64,000 nucleotides of DNA, from NCBI GenBank assembly GCA_038087875.1, contig JAXLNO010000571.1, positions 188,001 to 252,000 of the forward strand, written 5' to 3'. The notes below the pieces were generated by a model, which was not told the DNA's origin, searched no databases, and saw nothing but the letters and a program-made list of their open reading frames with translations. The translations under genes were made by a program, and so were the position numbers. Positions 26,765-41,744 of this stretch are shown in pieces (position 1 is the first letter of the stretch; every line of letters begins with the position of its first letter). The stretch comes from Malacoraja senta. Its lineage: Eukaryota.

Positions 26765-27541
26765 CAGAGCATTTCAGTATTCTAGTACCTGAAAATCAGT
26801 ATTTTGCTGAGGAAACCAGTATTTTTACGCAGTGCCATTTTGCTGAAAAAAGTGTTATTTTTTATGTGCGGTCATACCCATGTAAGAGTACAAGAATGCA
26901 TAACTTTGGTACCAATTGTCTTCTACGCACCTTATTTGACAGTGCATTCATTGCCATCTTTTTGTATACTGACGTTTGAACTGCTGCTTCCTGCTTTTAG
27001 CACCAGATGATGATGTGGAAGCCATTTTGGAAGCCTCCCTCTCCCACCCTCGCTCTCTCTCCCTCCCACCCTCCCTCTTTCCTTCCCACCCTCCCTCTTT
27101 CCCCCTCTCCTTCTTTTTCTCCCTCCCTCTCATATTCCTTCCCTCCCACTCCCTCTCTCCCTCCCCTAACAGTCTGTGACCCACAGAGCTGTGGCCATAG
27201 CGCTATGTGTAAAGGCAATAGCACTCCAGCTGGTAGTGCTATAATTAGAATCCATAGCGCTAAACTGACAGCGCTGTTTAAACCTGGTGCAGGACAGGCA
27301 GATCAAAGCTTACAAAAATAATCAGCAGATCTTGAAATTTAAAATACTAAAAAATTTAATCTGCTATAATTTTTAGATGTACAGTATGACTTTTTATATC
27401 CTTGCATTTTTTAAGCAGCAAGATTAAATGAAGTCAGGCTAATTTTAAAAAATCCGTATTTTACAAAGCAAATCCGTACATCCGTATTATGATCGCATTT
27501 CCATACAAAATACGGAAAATCCGTACTACTTGGCAGCTCTG
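26765..27541. mobile_element. Non-autonomous TIR element, copy 2, 6-bp TSD CAGATG
   Basis: Colinear with 8235-9009; right end TTGGCAGCTCTG; CAGATG at 26759-26764 and 27542-27547; inserted in a Penelope-derived short repeat. Confidence 0.9.
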
Positions 27542-29779
27542 CAGATGCTACGTGACCTGCGAGTTACTCCAACATTTGGCTTTTTGCTCAATGATCCAGT
27601 GGGTTAGTTATGAACAATCTTAATGTATGTTCCTGGGCATGAACTCACCAAACTTAAAGATGGCCAATAAGGTTTTCCCCAGATTAGTTATTGCATTTCT
27701 GCCACAGAATTGCATATTTGCAGCATAGAAATTAGCTGAGTAATCTAATATTGTATTTAGAACATTGCTACTATCTTGCATGATTGAATGGTTGCATCCT
27801 ACAGTATCATTTAACCATTACTTAACAAAAGATATCTCCACAAGACTATTACATTGCATTATTACAGTATGGAATGTCATAGTTGAAAACATTTCCAAAT
27901 CCCTCAGGAGGAAGGTATAATATGGTATCCCTACAATTCCTTAATCTGAATGTATTTCAGATACTACGCAATACAAAATTACAAATATTGACATTACAAT
28001 AACTCAAGTTATAGAATACGTAAATATCGTGTGTATTGCATGCCAAATTAGTCTAGTTTCACAATCATTCGTTCCATCACTATTTCACAATGAACCACAA
28101 GAATAAACTGAAATACAAGTTATGAAAAACCACACCCACCGCATCCATTTTCCCTAATCGCTCCCCAAAATAGCAATACGTAAATCCAGCTGTTTGACAT
28201 TCAACCACATTGCTTTCTTGATATCTCCATTAATGCTTTCAGATCAATTTTGTTACGAATACTTTTTCCATTCCCTTCTATACCCATCCCTACCCAAGAT
28301 CATCTTAGTAAATCTTCTTGGAATTGCCTTCAATTTTCAAATAGTATTCCATAAAAATTCAAAAATTCTGACATCTGATATAATTGTTGTAAAACTACCC
28401 AATGTTTATACTCCAAATCTCTTGAAAAAGCCAGTCCATGTGCCTTCCTCACTATGTGTAAGAAGAAATTGCAGATGCTGGTTTAAACTGAGGTTGGACA
28501 CAAAAAGCTGGAGTAACTCAGCAGGTCAGACAGCATCGCTGGAGAAAAAGAATAGGTGATGGCACCTGTATGATTACTACATTTCATGAACAAGGTCACA
28601 CCAAATCTCTTCTGCTGCAGCAATCTTCCTCCATTTAAATGATCTGTTTCATCATTCTTCTTGTCAAAGCCAACAACTTTAGATTTAGATGAGTCTACAC
28701 AGATGGTGAAGACTCATCGTCAGAAACTCTAGGTCACACAGCAAGTTCAACGCAAGTCTTTTAAAAGAATGTTTAACATGAAATATTTTAGCACGATTAC
28801 AGAAAGAGAAATTCTAGCATAAATCAGATATTTAAATCCAGAGATACCCATTGGGTTCTTAACAGACGGAAGCAAAAAAAGATTAATGTCAATTTATAAT
28901 ACTATTTTTAGAGCTAAACTTTAAACCATGAATACTTCTTGAAATGTTAATAATTTAGAAATATTTTAAGGTAATAAAGCAGTGATAAAATCAGAAAATC
29001 CTGTAACCAAAAGTTCCAAATAACTGCTGTCCATGTCTTAGATTGCATCATACAATTAATTCATTCATCACTCCCGTGTTAATTGGTTATTACTTAAGTA
29101 ACTGATTTATGAAGTTATCTCCTTGTTTTCAAATCCATCCAGGGTCTCATCTCACATTTCCACCAGCATAAAGAAGTTCTACCTCAATTTATGGACATAA
29201 TCTCAACAGTAAAAGCATACAAATCTGCAGGTGATAGATGCGAGCTCCGATAGACATAAAACTCTAAAAGGACAGCTGGTGAACAAATTCTCAGCTAAAT
29301 ACAAATTCCTTCTGACACTGTAGCACATCCACAGGCGAAGAACATGTTTTTGAAAAGACAGACAAGAAATCAAGCTTCATTGAATTATCAGGTCACTCAT
29401 CTTCCAAGTCAAATGAAGAATAGTTATTTGGATATTATCTAAAATTATCTTTTACGCCTCCAACTTGCTAACCACTTTTAAATCCTGAATTAGTGCATGA
29501 AGTCCATTTTAAGAATTTCAATAAAAATGCAAACAGAGAAAGCAGCCACCCAGATGACTAACTAGGACTAATCCGCATTGACTTTGAACACACAAGTTCC
29601 AAGTGCAATGCTGGAAAATATGGCTGTCGTCATCTATTATCTGGCACATTCTTATGGAAATGGACCAGAATTAAATCGCACTGGAATGCATCAAACTACA
29701 TATTTCTGAAATACTGTGTGACAACATAGTGGTTCTCAGATTGTGCACTTTAGTAAGCAGAACTTCAGTGGGATAGGGC

Positions 29780-30945
29780 AGAGGAGAAGGCAGAAGTGAC
29801 TCAGCATGAATTTGAAAGTGTGATATCACAGGTCAAAAGTAATGTTGGTAGAAGGCAGGCTGCTACTTTGCAATTTCGAAACATCAACATTAAGTATTCC
29901 AGCCGAACACTTAAAAAAGTAGCTCAGTTGAATGGAAAGTACATCTGCGCACATGTGAAATCATGGACAGTTCATGACCTGCACATATATGCAGGAATCA
30001 TCCATTACCTGAACTCCAGGTTTCAGAGCTGAAGAGCAGCTGGAGTTACTGAGCGCATTGATATGCCCGAGGACTTCGTGGATAGTACATTTTGGGAAAT
30101 GGTCACATGGCAGGTTAAACTGCAACTGTCAGGTGGACTAGAAACAGCTGCAGTCCTGGATTGCTTTCATTCAGTAACTGGCAAGGACAGGATTCCTCAG
30201 GGGCATTGAAAAAGCTAAGAGTATGTCATTGGGGGTGGGGGATTTGTGAGAAAGCAATGACTTTCAATTAATAGGGGGACAGACAGGTGTTTCCAGGGCA
30301 TTAGACATGATAGTATAGTCTTGTCCTGATGCTAGAGTCACAGGACATCACTGAATGACTGCAGAATAGGATAGGATAAAGAACCAGAAGTCAGGGTCCA
30401 CACTGGTATCAAAGGACATGGGTAGGAGGAAGGACGAGGTCCTGGAAGCAGATTTAGGATGCCTGGGAATATAAAAAGCAAACTTCAAAGGTGACAATTT
30501 CTTGTGCCACCCAATGTCAAGGCCAGAAATTAGAGACCAGAATAAACAAACTCACAGCTGGAGAGGGTGCAAATGTAAGTGCTTAGATTCAAGGATCATT
30601 TATGGGGTTGGCAGGATACTGGATCAGGACCAATATGCTTGAGGGCAGGGTTTGCTGGAGCTTTTTGTGAGGGCTCAAAGATGGAAACCTCAGAAATCAG
30701 AAAAAGGGCTGTGAGCTAGAAATGCAGTCAGCAAAATAAACAAGCAGCAGAAACATAGGCGTCCAACACAGTCAGAGTATGGAAAAATGTAACAAGTACA
30801 AGTTTAAAGACAATAGAAAATGCAACTGAAATCTTGAAACAATTAACAGCATACGTTAAGTTGTAAATGAGTATGATCTAATGGCCATTACAGAAATATG
30901 ACTGCAGGGTGACCAAAGCAGAGCACCAAGTAGGCCAAGGAATTT
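29780..30945 (+). mobile_element. Highly decayed CR1 5' region (ORF1 esterase-like part and endonuclease start)
   Basis: Remnants resembling GTDRRF, PGARV.D, VHVGTND (30270-30420) and YDLMAITE..LQGDQ (30870-30915); many stops. Confidence 0.55.
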
Positions 30946-31034
30946 GAAATTTAACTGCTTCACATTTTTTGCCAAAAGGATCATATCCTCATTAGATTTT
31001 TTTAATACTACGTCTTTTGTAGCCAAGGCCCTAA

Positions 31035-31697
31035 TCTATATATATATCTATATTACTAAAATTCTCATCTTGTTTGTTTGTATGTATGCATGCGTACAAT
31101 ATTCCAAAACCCTGCCAAAACGGTACACAATAGCGCTACAATTTTCGGCCCACCTTACTCACCATTGCCCTGGCATATAAAAGAAAAGTTTTGTTTGGAT
31201 TGATGTTATATTTTATAAGTTATATTTTAAACTTTACAAAAATCACTTATCAAACCAATTTTCCACTTGCCCTGCCCATCAGCAGCGTTCAACGTCACAA
31301 TGGGATCCCGAATCTCATTTACATTTTTTTTTTAAATCGTGATTTTCATTGTGGGGTTGGGATAGGGGGGAGGTGAGGAGTGGTGGAGCAGGAGGATAGA
31401 GGGAGAGGAGGGAGGTAGTGACTATGGGTGGGGGAAAGGAGAGGTGAGGGAGGGAGGAGAGGGGAAAGAGGGAGGGTGAAGGAGGGGAGGGAGCGCTGGG
31501 GGACGAGGAAGAATGGAGGAGGATATGGGTAGAAAGAGGGATGGCGAGGTGCAGTTAGGGAGGGTTGCCGTGATTCGCGTCACAACAAGGATCTCTGGCA
31601 TCACAACGGGAACCCCTCAGCTGCGCCTGCGCAGTTGGGGTCTATGCGTCGGTGGTGGAATATTTTGGGGGACAGGGCCCAACAGGTCTGCACTTAG
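31035..31697 (+). mobile_element. Non-autonomous Helitron-like element
   Basis: A|TCTATA...TATTACTAAAATTCTCATCTTG 5' end; 3' end CACTTAG|T with a degenerate hairpin; homologous to the minus-strand copy at 62584-63352. Confidence 0.7.
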
Positions 31698-33404
31698 TAA
31701 ATATCCAACATAAATATCAAAATCATGAAGTGACAAAGTTTTCTCTGAACTTGGAATACAAGAGCAACCTCTGCAATGCATGGTGCCAGTGAGATGTATT
31801 TGTAACCTATAAGTTTTATTCAAAATGATCACCACGAGATAATATATTCAGAATGTTAGAGTCCTACAAGTCCTCCATACTCCAAAATCTACAGGTAGCA
31901 AGAGAAACAAGAAGTACATTGTCAAACTAAGACAATCACTAATTCTCCACTAATTGGAACTGGTTTATATTTGATACTTCGTAAAATATACAACGTAGCC
32001 GTCTCACCTGTACATTAAATTACTACATTTGTTAAATTTTACTCTAAATGACAATAAGAGGTTTCCTAAATAGATAAAATGCTGGAGCAACTCAGCAGAA
32101 CAAGCAGCATATCTGGAGAGAAGGAATGGGTGACATTTCTGGTCGAGGTCCCTCTTCAGACTTGTTTGGTCCCACCAAACACTTTGGGGCCACATAAAGA
32201 TGACAAGATAGTGAAGAGGAGAACCTATGATGCAACAGGGAAGGTCTATCAATAAGAAACAAACCAAACACCTGCAAATCAAAAGAGAAAATATACATCA
32301 CCTCTGCCTGGCAGAAGCCAGACACAGAATGTTTCCATTCCAGTTTCTTCAAGTTAATGTCAGACCAATCAGAACACCAGCAGAATCTTGGATTAGTCAA
32401 ACTTTCAAAATCATAAATGACAATTCAAACATCCTGTAATCCACCAGCCCTGCATTAGGCTGCAATAGCAATTTCTTTAAATTTGAACGTTAATTTGTTC
32501 AGCTCTTTTGAATATACGTAATTCATAGTTTTGATTGCCAATCTCCCAAATAAATGAGGAGATGACATCTACTAGGTAAACAGAACTATTGCACTAATAC
32601 CAGTCCAGATGATCATTGTTAATAAAGTGGCTTGAATGTATCAGTGGGCCCCGCCTTATGTTACTCGATGTAACTCGTGATCAATAGGTATTTCAAATTT
32701 GAAGTTTGAAAGTGTCTGATGCCAAAATGTGGTTGTGTTGCTCCTATAGACATAAATAAAGCTGGGAAAAGGGAAAAGAAATCTTTGTTGCATAAAATTG
32801 ATATTTAAACTTGTGGCTCTAACACAAAATGGTCAGTGAGTCACCTGCTTTGCGCATCAAGATTAGCTACAAGTATTGCAATGGAGAAGATTTCTGAGGA
32901 GATATAATGCCCAATAATGGAAAACAGCAACTGAATTTGGGGTGTTAAGAGGTGCAATAAAATAAAGTGTATATAATTGAGGGTTCTAGAAAATAAATAG
33001 GAAGGACATTCCTAGTCTGTGAATTAATAAACAAAAAGGGGTGCAGATTTCAAGAAATTGGTAAAACAATAGCAGAGAGGAGGAAAAAGATTTTCACTCA
33101 GAATAGCAGGGATCAGTAATTCTGTGCCTGAAAGAGTGGAAGAGCAATGATATCATCATAATCGAGGCAGTATTTGGATGCATATTTGAAGACCTGCAGG
33201 ACTATGGATAACATCTACAGATTTGGACAGAGTTATCACTACTTGCATTATAACCCATTGACTTGCTATAATTAGGAATTAATCAGCTGTCTTATTTTCA
33301 AATGTATTCACTTGTCTGGTCCTTCCATGATTTACGTTATTTGTTTTAAGCAACACCAAGCAAAGGGAAAAAATCTTGGTTTATGCAAAATATGGGATAT
33401 TAAA

Positions 33405-33685
33405 CTGATCTTCATGGAGAACCAGAGGACTTAGGTTTAAGGTGAGGGGGAAAGATTGAATAGGAATCTGAGGGGTAACATTGCCATACAGAGAGTGGTG
33501 GGTGTATGGAACGAGCTGCCAAAGGAGGTAGTTGAGGCAGGTCCTATTACAACATTTAGGAAACATTCAGAAAGGTACATGGATAGGACAGGTTGAGAGG
33601 GATATGGACCAAACGCAAGTAGGTGGGACATGTTGGCTGGTGCGGGCAAGTTGGGTCGAAGGACCTTTTCCATGCCATAAGACAT
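33405..33685 (+). mobile_element. CR1-family LINE 3' fragment (second subfamily; relatives at ~39715-39990 -, ~41745-42340 -, ~42370-42650 +)
   Basis: Shared CAGAGAGTGGTGGGTGTATGGAACGAGCTGCC and GGGATATGGACCAAA motifs. Confidence 0.75.
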
Positions 33686-35305
33686 AATTCTGTGAGTCTA
33701 ATTAAAGTGCATACAATGAATGGATTTCAGATTAGCAGCATATATTACACCATGCCTGACCATGTTCAGTAGGTATTGTGCCAGCTCCTTTCTACAGAAA
33801 AAAACATCCCTATTGCTTAAGTTCATGGGATCAAACTCACAATCAGCAAAGTTCTTTGACCTCTTCAATAGATATCAGAGCAAACAACACTAACACAATG
33901 GCAGCTACAACAATAAAGATTCACCAAGTTATTTTGTGCTGTTAATTTTTGTGCTGGTGTCAATAAAGATTACTTCGCCAAGTTAGAAATTCACCAACAT
34001 TGCTCAGCCAATTATGCGATGTGCAACATCAGGAGAGGTTTGGATGCATATGGAAATGAAAGAAAACTCATAAGGATAGACCAGAGAATATGTAAGAATA
34101 TATCTGGCATTAGCATGTCATACCAATGGGCAAGTTTTTTGACTGCATTCTTTAAAGTTTCATGAAGTGGACACATTGCCAGCAAGTCATTACTGATGCC
34201 TCAATCTGTCGATTTACATTTGAAAGCCTCTACTATAATGTTAATTTCATGAAAATGTTAACTACACATTTGGACAAGATTTAAAACACTGGTTGAAAGA
34301 GCAATAATCCAACTTCAAGGCTAGAAGCAATACTTACTAATAGTTACTCCTTATTTGCAATTCCTTATCCAATTTGGCACATTTCCTTTAATTCAGAAAT
34401 AAAAAGCCCCTTTCCCCAAACAATTAAAAAAATTCTCAGGTAAGGAAAGCCAATACAGGACAAATAATTTCTTTCAACCAGAGGACAATGGAATTCTCTA
34501 CTGGATACCAGTCATTGCTTTGATACACTCAAGACTGTACTGTTTTTAGATGATAAAAAATTCTAGGCATATGGTCTTATTGAATGATAGTGGCACTGAG
34601 GTAAAAGATCAACAATCTTACTGAACGGCAATGCAAATGGCAACTCAAGCTTCTAATTCTTATGTTCTTGAGCTCAAACGGCTAGATATTATTTTGCCCA
34701 AAACTGATATGACAAACCTTAAAATGGTGCTTAAGGACCAACTAAGACCAAACAGCTTTAATTCAAATGAGAGACTATCAACACTCGATTGCCAACTTGT
34801 TTTGTTATTGAGCCTTTACTTGTTTTACCTACCATTCTTTTTTATATGATTATGCCAAAATGTGTCATTTTTCTTTGGGCATTATTTAGCCTTTAAAAAA
34901 AAAAGAAACATCTACTTGGAACGTTCACCAGAGCTATAGCAAAGTATTGATTTTACCACTGCACAGACTTCTCCAGGCAATGAAACAAATTTAATTTAAA
35001 AATACCTATTATTATTAGTCTCCCCTGACATCAATCTGAAGAAGGGTCTCAACCCGAAACATCACCCATTCCTTCTCTCCAGAGATGCTCCAGTATTTTG
35101 TGCCTACTTACATATTATCTGTGATGAATGGGAAACATCCTAAAACAATGGTAAAAAATTTGGTTCCCTTTATTATAGAACTAGGAAAGGTAAAAGGAGT
35201 ATTTTTAAATAAAAACTAACGATCACCGAATATCAAAGGCACCCAGTCTAAAACTGAAGCTCTTTTTTCAATTGATCCCACAAACATTTCTGGCACTACA
35301 TTTTG

Positions 35306-36846
35306 TAGCGATGTTACAATACTTACCTTCAGCGGCGCTGCAGTTCCGCTACTAACCATGTGCGCAACTTTGGCGCCGGGGGGGGGGGGGGGGGGATTAA
35401 AATGCCGTCTTGCACTGCCTGTCTGAGGTGGACTTCCTCGGGCTGCTGGCTGCTGATGAAAAATCGATCAGACTTCCGTTCCCGCTATATTTAAACAAAA
35501 AATCGCTGGACAATTTAATATTTGGATTAAAATAAATAGCGACTTAGAACGCCCTCAACGTGACGGATCGCAAGAACGGGACAAAACAAAGGCTAAGTCA
35601 TTTATTTTACATATAATCTTGCTTCTTGGGATGGCTTTAATCTAATTTTACGTTGCGAAAATGTTATTTGGGCCAAATACGAACCGCCAGTGTTTTTCCT
35701 GCCGATATGGAGTTTAAATTCACTGCAAATGCAACGTTCCAATGGATCGCGTTCCAGAAGCAAGATGATTAAAATGCCCTTTTTTTTTGGACAATCATGT
35801 CATAAGCCGTCCAAATTGTCTATATTTTGTGTTATTCTCTCTCCATGTTCATTATTTTTTTAAACTAAATATTCACAACAGTTTGAGTCGCATGTATTGT
35901 GCAAAAAATAATAATTTTGATTATATTTTGAAAGGATGTTTCTGGATTAATTTATGTGAATTAAACATTAAATTCCTTCCATCTGGCATATAAATTCATG
36001 ACAGTGAGATTTAAAAATCATGTTATATTGTGAATTCCTGTGTGAATGGGATTAGTTTGTTATTTGGATACTTAGGCTATTAAAAAAATATATCCTTTTC
36101 TTAAGAAATGGAATCTACAGGACATTCTTAATGTGAAAGTAGTGGGCAGAAAGGCATGTCATGCGTGGTTTGAAGAGCAAAAACTTGTAGTTTACAATGC
36201 CAAAATTGAAAAGTTGAAGAAAAACAAGGTGTACAGAGTTGCTTATTTGTTACAATCTGAGGAGTATGATGATGCTACTGATTATGCCAATGTACCAGCT
36301 AGCAACTTATCTTCTCCATAAAGACCTGGTCTATTGCTAGAAATTGCAATTTATTTACCTATCTGTTACGGACTTACAGCATATTATACAATAATATTAA
36401 AGTTCTGATCTTGAGAATATCACATTTTTTAATTTTCAAGGCAGTCTGGGTGTTTATTACTATTTCCGTACGGTTAATTTTGTAATTAGCTACAATTAGG
36501 TAATTAACTAATTATATGCTTTAATTTCAGGTCATCCAAGTAAGATGTTTTATATTTGTTTCAGAATGCTTCAATCTATAATAACTGAAAATTTCATTCA
36601 GTTCTCTTAATTGTTAAGAAAGTTATGGGCTTTTGACTGTCCTCGAGCACAGCTTTTGTGTTAAGTCAATGGAAAAGCAATAGGGAACAAGATGCTAATT
36701 TCCAAGTATGAAAATGGCCATAATTTTTTTAATACTGAAGATATGAAAGTGAATTGGGTGTCAAATGAAACTTCTTTTTATGCTTTATCTGGTGGGATAA
36801 ATTGCAGAATTGATTTTTAAAATTTCAATATTTTGTAACATTGCTA
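35306..36846. mobile_element. ~1.54-kb TIR DNA transposon derivative
   Basis: TIR TAGCGATGTTACAA / TTGTAACATTGCTA; flanks CATTTTG and CAATTTG; coding-like remnant at 36133-36321. Confidence 0.75.
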
Positions 36847-37714
36847 CAATTTGTTCTGGAATAATTTGTGACTTATCCAAGAAAATTGCATATGCATATT
36901 CAAAATTTGATGGCTCCAGTTAACGGGCTGAACAGTGCTCAATTTATCCCTTCAGCTCTGGCGTGAATTATACCAAGCCTCCTGATGTTGGAAGGTGAGG
37001 TGTGACATGGCCTTCAGTGGGCACTAAGCCTTAGCCTACGTATAAAGGAGGAACTGTGCTCCTGGAATACACATCATTGTCAAAAGCTTTTTATGTACTA
37101 TTTAAAAAAATCTCCAATAGATTTAGATAGTTAAAATGATTTCCCCTCCCAATACCACCCCACAACCTTATACACACAGGGTTGGAGGCCGACGCCAATT
37201 AAGTCCATCTAGGAACTTATATTTCACTGCTCATGTCAAGAGCACACCTTATCTGTGGAAGAGCAGACAATTAAATATGTGGATTCCCAGCTTCAAGCTC
37301 ATTACAATGTGCTGAAGTCCAAAGACATTGGGCATCAAACAATTGATAGCTTCTGGTTCTGCTTGAACTATTATTTATTTTTTTGCAGGCACTCACAATT
37401 GAGACCAAAGATAAATAACAAGATATCCTCACAAGTACAAAGTTAAGTTTGAGAAATTAAAGCTATTTGCGCCAATATCTCAGCAAATGGCATTTACCAT
37501 GCAGCAGTTTTAAAACATTCTTTGCGCAATGCAAAGTTCTATTCAACACATATTCCTAATTAAATGCATAATGAATGTACAAGTAGTATGATGAAATACT
37601 TCACAAAACAGGTACAAACGATATACTAAAGTAGAAAACAGGAATTAAGTTAACAAAGAACAACTGGTATCTCCAACAACCATTTATATCCCATGTACAA
37701 CTGCCGCAGTCATA

Positions 37715-38195
37715 TTTTAAAAGAATGATCCTAGGGATGATTGATGTAACATATAACGAGAGTTTGACAGCACTGGGCCTGTAGTTACTGGAGTTTAGAA
37801 GGATGAGGGTTGGGGACCTCATTGAAACTTACCGAATAGTGAAAGGTCTAGATAGAGTGGATGTGAAGAGGATGTTTCCATTTGTGGGAGAATCTAGGAC
37901 CAGAAGACACAGCTTCAGATTTAAAGGACGTACCTTTAGAAAGGAGATGGAGGAATTTCTTTAGTCAGAGGGTGGTGAATCTGTGTAATTCTTGTCACAG
38001 AAGGCTGTGGAGGCCAAGACAATAAATATTTTTATGGTGGAAATTGATAGATTCTTGATTAGTATGGGTGTCAGGGGTTGTGGGGAAAAGGCAGGAGAGT
38101 GGGGTTGAGAGGGAAAGATAGATCAGCCATGATTGAATGGTGGAGTAGACATTTTATGGGCCAAATAGCGTAATTCTGCTGCTACAACTTATGAA
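37715..38195 (+). mobile_element. CR1-type LINE 3' fragment
   Basis: Similar to the RT C-terminus and 3'UTR of other CR1 copies (TTTAGAAGGATGAG, GTGGTGAATCTG, GATCAGCCATGAT). Confidence 0.8.
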
Positions 38196-41100
38196 CATAT
38201 TGCTAGGATTTGTCACCCTTTCTTTTCTAACAAAATATCAAAAAAGAAAGCAGAAAGGATGCCAGTTAAGATTGCAATTGTGCTTTCCATAATTTTCAGG
38301 AACTACATATGAAACAAGCAAAGGATCAATGAATTATCCAAACGCAATAGATAAAGCTGCAAAGCAAATGCCAAGTAACCAAGATTTGTTGTTGTTTACA
38401 AGCCTGATGCAGACTTTTAAAGTTCACATTTTACTACTTTTGCCCAATTACTAGAACATAATGAAATTCTATTCACCATTCTTGCTCTAGCCTCAATAAC
38501 CATTGGGACAGCATTCTGCTATCTGCAAGCCTACTACAGTTGCATCATCATCCATTAGTTTTCTTCAACCCAAGGAAATTAAAGATGCTTTATGATGTCA
38601 CTTCATTATTGACTCATCATACTGTGGAAGTTCAATTTCTGCCCCAATGCAAGCTTAAAAACTTCTCTCCCGTAAAATTTTAAAGTTTGTAGACCTACTT
38701 TTGAACTAAGGAAGCATTTGGGTAAAATTTTACTGAGACTGATGTTGCGAGTTGCATGACCGAAGTATGAACAAGACATCTAAATTGAATTTACTATGCC
38801 ATCACATTTTGTATTATACCCAAGTTTTCTTTTAGCACAATGCATGAGGCAGAATTACATTTCTGAACCACCACAGCATTGCATTAGAATGGATGAACGT
38901 GGAAAAGTAAAATGCAGGTCAAAACTATTTTGGATAGCCATGGCATAGAAAAACAAATATTTTAAATTCCAAATCAACCAATTAATAGATAAGTTTCAAA
39001 AACAATTATAGAAAAGCTTATATAAATACACACACACGAGAAAAAACACAAAGCATTTGGCCTTTGTGGAGAAAGTACTAAAGCACACAGCTCACGATCT
39101 ACTAGGCAGCAGTGATTCCTGCCCATCTGTGCACTTTGGAGGCATGGACTACCAACAACAGGCACTTCAAAGAACTGAAAATGCACCACCAATGCTGTTG
39201 CCTCTAATTTCTGCAAGTCCTGAGACAAGAAAGCAAGCATAGTCCTCTTGCAGGCTGACACACCAAAATTCAGTGCTTTAATTACACTTAGCTATCCGAG
39301 TAGGCCACATTGTTCTCATGCCAAAGACCAAAAAGAGCACCCATTCTCAAAGCAGACACTCTACTCCAAATGTTGACATAGCTAGAGATTGCCAGGTCAG
39401 AGGAAGGGAATCAAAAACAAATTCAAATTCTTCTTGAAAAATCTTCACCAATTTAAGATTCTCTGGTCGAGGATTGCTGCAAATAGAAAATGAGTACTCA
39501 GGAAGGTACTCAGAAAGAGACATCAAGTCTTTTCAACAAGAACAATCCTAAGCAGTCACCCAGTTTCCATTTGCTCATCATCATAAGAAATCAAATAATA
39601 GCAAATACAGTGTACTGTTTCAATTGGCAAATGTGGACTCGGGGCAGGGAATAGAAGGTGGGGCTGCAGTTGCAATGTGTCATTGGAGTTGAACCTGCTG
39701 CGATAGATTAAAATATAAAGCATGGAAATGGGCCCTTCGGCCAAACTAGCTCATGACAACAAAGCGCTCATCTTAGCTAATCCTGTTTGTCCACATTTGA
39801 CCCATTTTCCGCCCAGTCTTTCTTATCCTGCCAAAATCTGTCTTGTCATTATTGTACTTGCATCCGGCAGCTCGTTCCATTATACATACTAACCTGGGTA
39901 AAAACTACCCTCAGGTTCCTGTTAAATCTTTCCCCTCTCACCTTAAACCTATTCCCTCTAGTTCTTGATTCCCCAACCCAGAGGAAAAGACCACATTGTT
40001 TTCAAACATATAGTTCCTTTTGAATACTGGAAGAAAAAACAAATATTTTCTGATTAACGTGGAGGCTGGTTGGGTGAAAGAACTTCAATCATTGTTTTGA
40101 ATGCGCATATAAATAGGTACTCCGTCCACCACAGTAGAAAGGAATCAAGTGCATAGGATTTGTTTGTTAATGTAGTTCTTACAGACAGTGTCGACCCAGC
40201 AGGTGTGAGAGTTATTTGACTCAAGATATGGGTCAATTGCCCATCTCCTGATAGACTCAATTTTTCATTTGGAGATTAAGCTGAAACCATTATAAACCCA
40301 ACAACTGCCATAGAGATTTTGTATGCACCCACATTACCCTGCTACGCAGCATAAGAGGGGAATTTGGTGCTTTTTATGATCTTCCCTCTTCAGAAATCAG
40401 TGGATGGACCCTTTGATTGCTTTGTTCCCTACATTTCTCATTTCATGAATTACAAGCAGTTCCCTCTAACCAAACCTGCTTCTTGAATAGACCCCACCAA
40501 CATTTCTGTTATAAAACCATCTTCCCTTGCAAGCAGTGACACTCTACTCCTTAATTTCCCCCTTTCTCAAACATTTTCCATCTGAAAAGGCAATTTAAAA
40601 GCAAAATTTTACATTTACTATATTGTCTTTGTTTTTTCGCAATATTCATCTCTACACTAAGGATAACAAAGTAGATTGATCACTTGCCAAAAACCCCTTT
40701 TGTCCATAAGTGTAATACACAACTTCCAGTTGCTCGACATTAATTCTGTATCCTTCTCCCATCCTTTTGATCTGTTGGAGACTCCCTGCATTTAAGGGTC
40801 TCTTTGACACTTTACCACCACCTTGATATAGCAATAAATCAACATATTTCATATAGCAATTTTATTCCTTTTTTACTCCAGTTTTCTTTCTCAACATGTC
40901 CCAATACACCGTTGGTCCTACATTTGAGCAATTAATCTTTCAGGAATTTCAACGTACAAAAACTTCCCTTACATTTTCCTTTTACCACTCAAATCATGCT
41001 CACCTCTCCCCCAACCACACCCAGCTCTGGTGAATGTTCATTGCAGATGATACCTAACTGGCTGAATAGTTCCTTCAAATTGTTAACATCTGCAATATTT

Positions 41101-41744
41101 TGCTTTTGAACAAAATCATATTTCCACATGACTCAAGAGTTGGCAATGAATATGAATGGAAAGAATGCAAAGTTTTGCAATGACCATGGATTGATTTGAT
41201 TTGCCATTTTGATTTTATGGTACATATCTTATGCCATCTAGTGATTCTTCATGAAGAAAAATTGACAAAAGGACTGAAAAAAGTATTCTGCTGAAACATC
41301 TGCTTCTCAATCAGATTTATCTAGAAACATTTCTCAATATGTTGACCACATGGCAAAACTTTTTGCAAAATTTGTCTTATAATACCACTATCATTACACT
41401 GCAAACCCAGGTCTTATCAACAATAAGATCTTTGATTAATACATGCATAACATTTAAAAAAATCTATTAAGATGTACACCAAAAATTAGCGAGCACATCT
41501 ACAATTTTAATCACGAGAAAGTATTTGCTGTTTTTGGAAGTGATAGATTAACTTCCTTTCTAAACGGACTATAAACCATGATTTTATGAAGACTTTATGA
41601 AGATTTTATTGGGATCTACAGATTACAAAAAGCATGGATTTTCTTACAACGATTAATTTATACAATTTTAAAACTTTTTCCAGAATACTAAATAAACATC
41701 AAAAATTCAACTTCAAAGTGAATGAACTTTGCAGCTTCATACCA

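Noticed and set aside
32008..32043. Possible 36-nt 5'UTR exon in TRIP12 intron 1 (TTTAG|...CAG|GTGAGA, minus strand)
   Set aside because: Only splice-like motifs in very AT-rich sequence; such pairs arise by chance in a 32-kb intron.
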